The position numbers and the translations under genes were made by a program. Under the pieces are notes generated by a model. The model was not told where the DNA came from, made no database searches, and saw only the letters and a program-made list of their open reading frames with translations. A DNA stretch of 64,000 bases. Source: Callorhinchus milii (Eukaryota). The DNA lies in assembly GCF_018977255.1 (NCBI RefSeq), contig NW_024704757.1, positions 7,564,001 through 7,628,000 on the forward strand, in the 5' to 3' direction. Below, in pieces: positions 62,484 to 64,000 of this stretch (position 1 is its first letter; every line of letters begins with the position of its first letter).

Positions 62484-64000
62484 GTCTTGACCTGAATAGA
62501 AAAGGGAAGCCTGAGTTACATGGGGCAGTCTGGCTTGCCCTGCTCAGCAGACCAGTTAATCATCTTGAAAGCTTTTTTCAGTGGGTTTATTCCTTAAACC
62601 AGGGCAGCTCTGTCAAGCCTGTCATACAGGGCAGTGTAAGAGGAAGCAGTGCTGTCAGAATCAGTTCCATGTCAGTAAAATATCAATCGCAGTGCAGCTC
62701 TGTTCCTTCTTGTTTAGGGTCTCGCTTCTCTTATCTCATTATCAACCTACTGCAGACTCGGTGAAACCAGATTCATGTTCATCATGACATGCAAATTTGT
62801 GAAGCGTTCCATATTTTTTAAAAAACAATAATAATTTGCTTACTCAATCCACGACTGTTTGTGGAACACTGCTGTGTGCTTTCTGTTTTGCTTGTGACTA
62901 TTTGTGGCTGCCGTGTTTTGACCACAAATATACAGTTAATTCACTTTATGGTATACACTGTGAAGCGCTTTGAGATGTCTAGAAGACGTGAAAAGCGCTT
63001 TATCAAATGCAAGGATTATTATTATTATCATTGTATTGTGTAGGGATACAGGAAACAGGGGTCTGAATAATAATCCTAGTGTTTGATATACAGCCTTATC
63101 TCATTATCGTGATATCTAAAAACGCTTCGCAGGATGCAGTGACAGAATGTAGTGACTGTGTGTACAGAACAACACAGTTGCCAGTTTGTACACAGCAAGT
63201 CCCACAAGGAGTTAGGAAGTGATGCTTCAACATGATTAACGTGCCTTATCACATGCCAGCATTATTAGCATTATTATCTGTTAACCGCTGGATGTGACTT
63301 AATAGCGAAGGAGCAGCTAGTGTGTCACAGGCAGTCGAGGGCTTAAGCCTCTCAATATAGATCTGTGAGGGCTGGCGACGCTCCCTTGTCTTGTATGGGA
63401 TAGTTCTGGCTTAGCTGGAGTTGTTGCTAGAGATAAATTCAATACTGTTGGGTTGCATTGTCACAAGGACGTCTTTTGAAGTAATGTGTATTAGTTTGTC
63501 TCTCCTCCACACAGTATGTTGTGCCCATGGGCTGCCTATATGCAGCTTGGTGCCCCCTTCCACGTTTAAGAGGCAAAGTGAGGCTGGTGGTGGAGGTGGT
63601 TGGATGCTCTCGGGGTCAGCAGTGATGTGGAAGTTGGCTGAATGAAGCCACTTCTCTGAATCTGACAGGAAACAGATTGGTTTCCAAGCAGATGTATGCA
63701 GCCAAAGCTAAGCAGACAGACATTTGTCTCAGTGACTCCCTTAGCTAAATGGTAACTGCACTGAGTGAAGTTTGTTTGTTTTGGTTTTATGTCTTGAGTC
63801 AGAGGTTAGGTGTGTGAGGTCCTGTAGCCTTTGTGCTGATGTTTCCTCAGGAAGGGACATTACTTCAGCAACTCTGTCAAACAGAAAGACTGAGTACGTA
63901 CATCACTGTACTTTCTCCGTTCAGCACTGCTGAGGTGTCAGCCTGACTCAGTCAGGAGTACTCCTGCCTCTGAGTCAGAAGGTTCCGGGTTCAAACCCCA

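Overview
This is vertebrate genomic DNA, most likely a cartilaginous fish. The CR1/L2 LINEs and tRNA-derived SINEs suggest a chimaera (holocephalan); this is inference from recalled repeat families. Genes: GID4 (minus strand, coding exons 1-5; the last exon lies left of the window); two near-identical intronless CHST12-like sulfotransferase ORFs (minus, 338 aa); a complete 11-coding-exon LCMT1 (minus, 329 aa); and exon 1 of ARHGAP17 (plus), divergent from LCMT1. The most striking structure is a recent tandem segmental duplication (unit A 20573-28520, unit B 30436-37815). Its junction is complex: a re-used 67-bp cassette, a ~1.9-kb G-rich heptamer-like tract and a perfect 19-bp fold-back hairpin. 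The duplication copies upstream GID4 promoter motifs to a position 5' of one CHST12-like copy, and each unit carries a retrovirus-like (not typical Ty3/gypsy) pol fragment. I see no evidence of a wholly new gene system. The best leads are the duplication mechanism with possible promoter capture, the divergent CHST12 paralogues, a second fold-back scar at a CR1 5' end, an inverted repeat bracketing the last LCMT1 exon, and the Met-Pro N-terminus of GID4. All family assignments come from recalled sequences, not database searches.
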